Assembly: GCF_006345805.1 (NCBI RefSeq)
Contig: NW_021828722.1
Coordinates: 1 to 7,797, forward strand
Direction: 5' to 3'
Source: Octopus sinensis
Taxonomy: Eukaryota
Length of the DNA: 7,797 bases
The notes below the pieces were generated by a model. That model made no database searches. It saw only the letters and a list, made by a program, of their open reading frames with translations, and had not been told where the DNA came from. The stretch's first letter is position 1. Each line of letters opens with the position of its first letter. The translations under genes and the position numbers were made by a program. Of the stretch, positions 6,414 to 7,797 are shown one piece after another.

Positions 6414-6466
<53 letters not shown>
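6396..6466. repeat. (TATG)/(TA)n microsatellite
   Basis: Directly visible run. Confidence 0.97.
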
Positions 6467-6471
<5 letters not shown>

Positions 6472-6922
6472 TTGCCCTTGATTTGAAACCACGTGATGGA
6501 ACTGACTCGCTTAAATCATGCAAGCATAAATTTTAGGCCAATTAAAATCATCCAAAATCTGTATTCTTGACTTGCGGAGCACTTTATTTTAGCTACTAGA
6601 TTGTGCGGTATGATTTCAGTTAAACTTCTAGGACCACGTCACTGAAGCAATTTCACTGAAACAAAATGGAACTATGTCGAACACCAGGTCTGAGAAATGC
6701 GATAAAAATTCTTGACACTTTGGTGTGGCAGGTAATAATATTTAGATATTTATCAAAAGTAAAGGAGTAAAATCCATTTTGCTCTGTGCAATTGTTTATC
6801 TAGGTGTATGTTTATCGTGAAGCATCTCAACAGACTTAGATATTTGGTATCCTCATAATATTATTTATTTTTGCTATCCTTTCTCCTTGAAGATGCCTCA
6901 TTCAATAGCTGTCATTCTCTCA

Positions 6923-7117
<195 letters not shown>

Positions 7118-7118
7118 T

Positions 7119-7797
7119 GCGTAAAAAGGAATACTGGTGAAATGTACGAGTGAACACCTTAATAAAATGTAAGCACAACAGACCTGATATAATGATTTGG
7201 GACAGAGAAAAGAAAATGTGCACCATTGTGGAAAATAGCTGCCCAGCAGATGTTAACATAAAGCTGAAGATCAGTGAAAAACAGAACACCTATGCTGAAC
7301 TATTGAGAAATCTGCGGTTACTCTACCCAGATTACAGCTTATGGCTGTAATTATTGGGGTCCTGGGATATGTAACACACTGCCTAAATACCAATCTGGAG
7401 AAATTAGGCTTCTCAAAACCAGAAAGGAGAAAGCTAATTCGAAGACTACAGATCCAGTCCATCACTGGAACTGTTAAACTCTGTAGAACTTTCCAAAAGT
7501 TTATCATTTAAAAATATATGAGCATGTCTAGATATGTAACCATATGCATGAGAATACATGCATAAAACAAAACATACAAATCTATACATACGTACATACG
7601 TACGTACGTACGTACGTACGTACATACATACATACATACATACATACATACTACATACATGCATACACACATATACGTAGTGCATACATACATACGAACA
7701 AAAATACCCTGTTGTTGATGTTGAAATTCCAAGGAAGGAACCTTGTATCTAGGTTAGAAACCGGTTCTTTCTCTATTTGCAAGAAATTTTGAAATAA
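7119..7797 (+). mobile_element. 5'-truncated RLE-bearing non-LTR retrotransposon (R4/Dong-like); pseudogenised endonuclease domain plus 3' UTR
   Basis: 7119-7511 reads KKEYW*NVRVNTLIKCKHNRPDIMIWDREKKMCTIVENSCPADVNIKLKISEKQNTYAELLRNLRLLYPDYS, frameshift at about 7340, then MAVIIGVLGYVTHCLNTNLEKLGFSKPERRKLIRRLQIQSITGTVKLCRTFQKFII*. HNRPD...E..CP.D.N...K..EK..Y and IIG.LG are hallmarks of the PD-(D/E)xK restriction-like endonuclease. UTR hairpin TATGCATG/CATGCATA (7543-7564). Extension of the element to the window end is inferred. Confidence 0.88.
7585..7695. repeat. (TACA)n/(TACG)n tetranucleotide tract
   Basis: Includes (TACG)6 at 7597-7620, followed by TACA units. Confidence 0.96.

Noticed and set aside
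6620-6736. Possible exon between CTTCTAG and CAG|GTAATA
   Set aside because: All three frames hit stops before the donor, and I recognise no peptide.

Overview
AT-rich, microsatellite-dense eukaryotic non-coding DNA (intergenic or intronic). It is most likely from a coleoid cephalopod such as Octopus; this is an inference from the repeat landscape and SINE families as I recall them, not from a database search. No intact host gene is supported, and most listed ORFs are translations of microsatellites. The window is a mosaic of transposon remnants: five tRNA-derived SINE copies from three families; 3' fragments of three non-LTR clades (CR1/L2-group at 2530-2875, RTE with a terminal C2H2 finger at 4432-4622 on the minus strand, and an RLE-bearing R4/Dong-like element from 7119); a candidate complete non-autonomous Helitron (2984-4139); a degenerate hAT-like MITE; and a hammerhead-ribozyme-like core (4295-4337) whose stem I is imperfect. 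The best leads are the hammerhead-like motif, two apparent SINE/LINE partner 3'-end matches inside the window, the Helitron's symmetric CTAG terminus, and possible (TACA)n targeting by the RLE element. I see no convincing evidence for a new multi-gene system.
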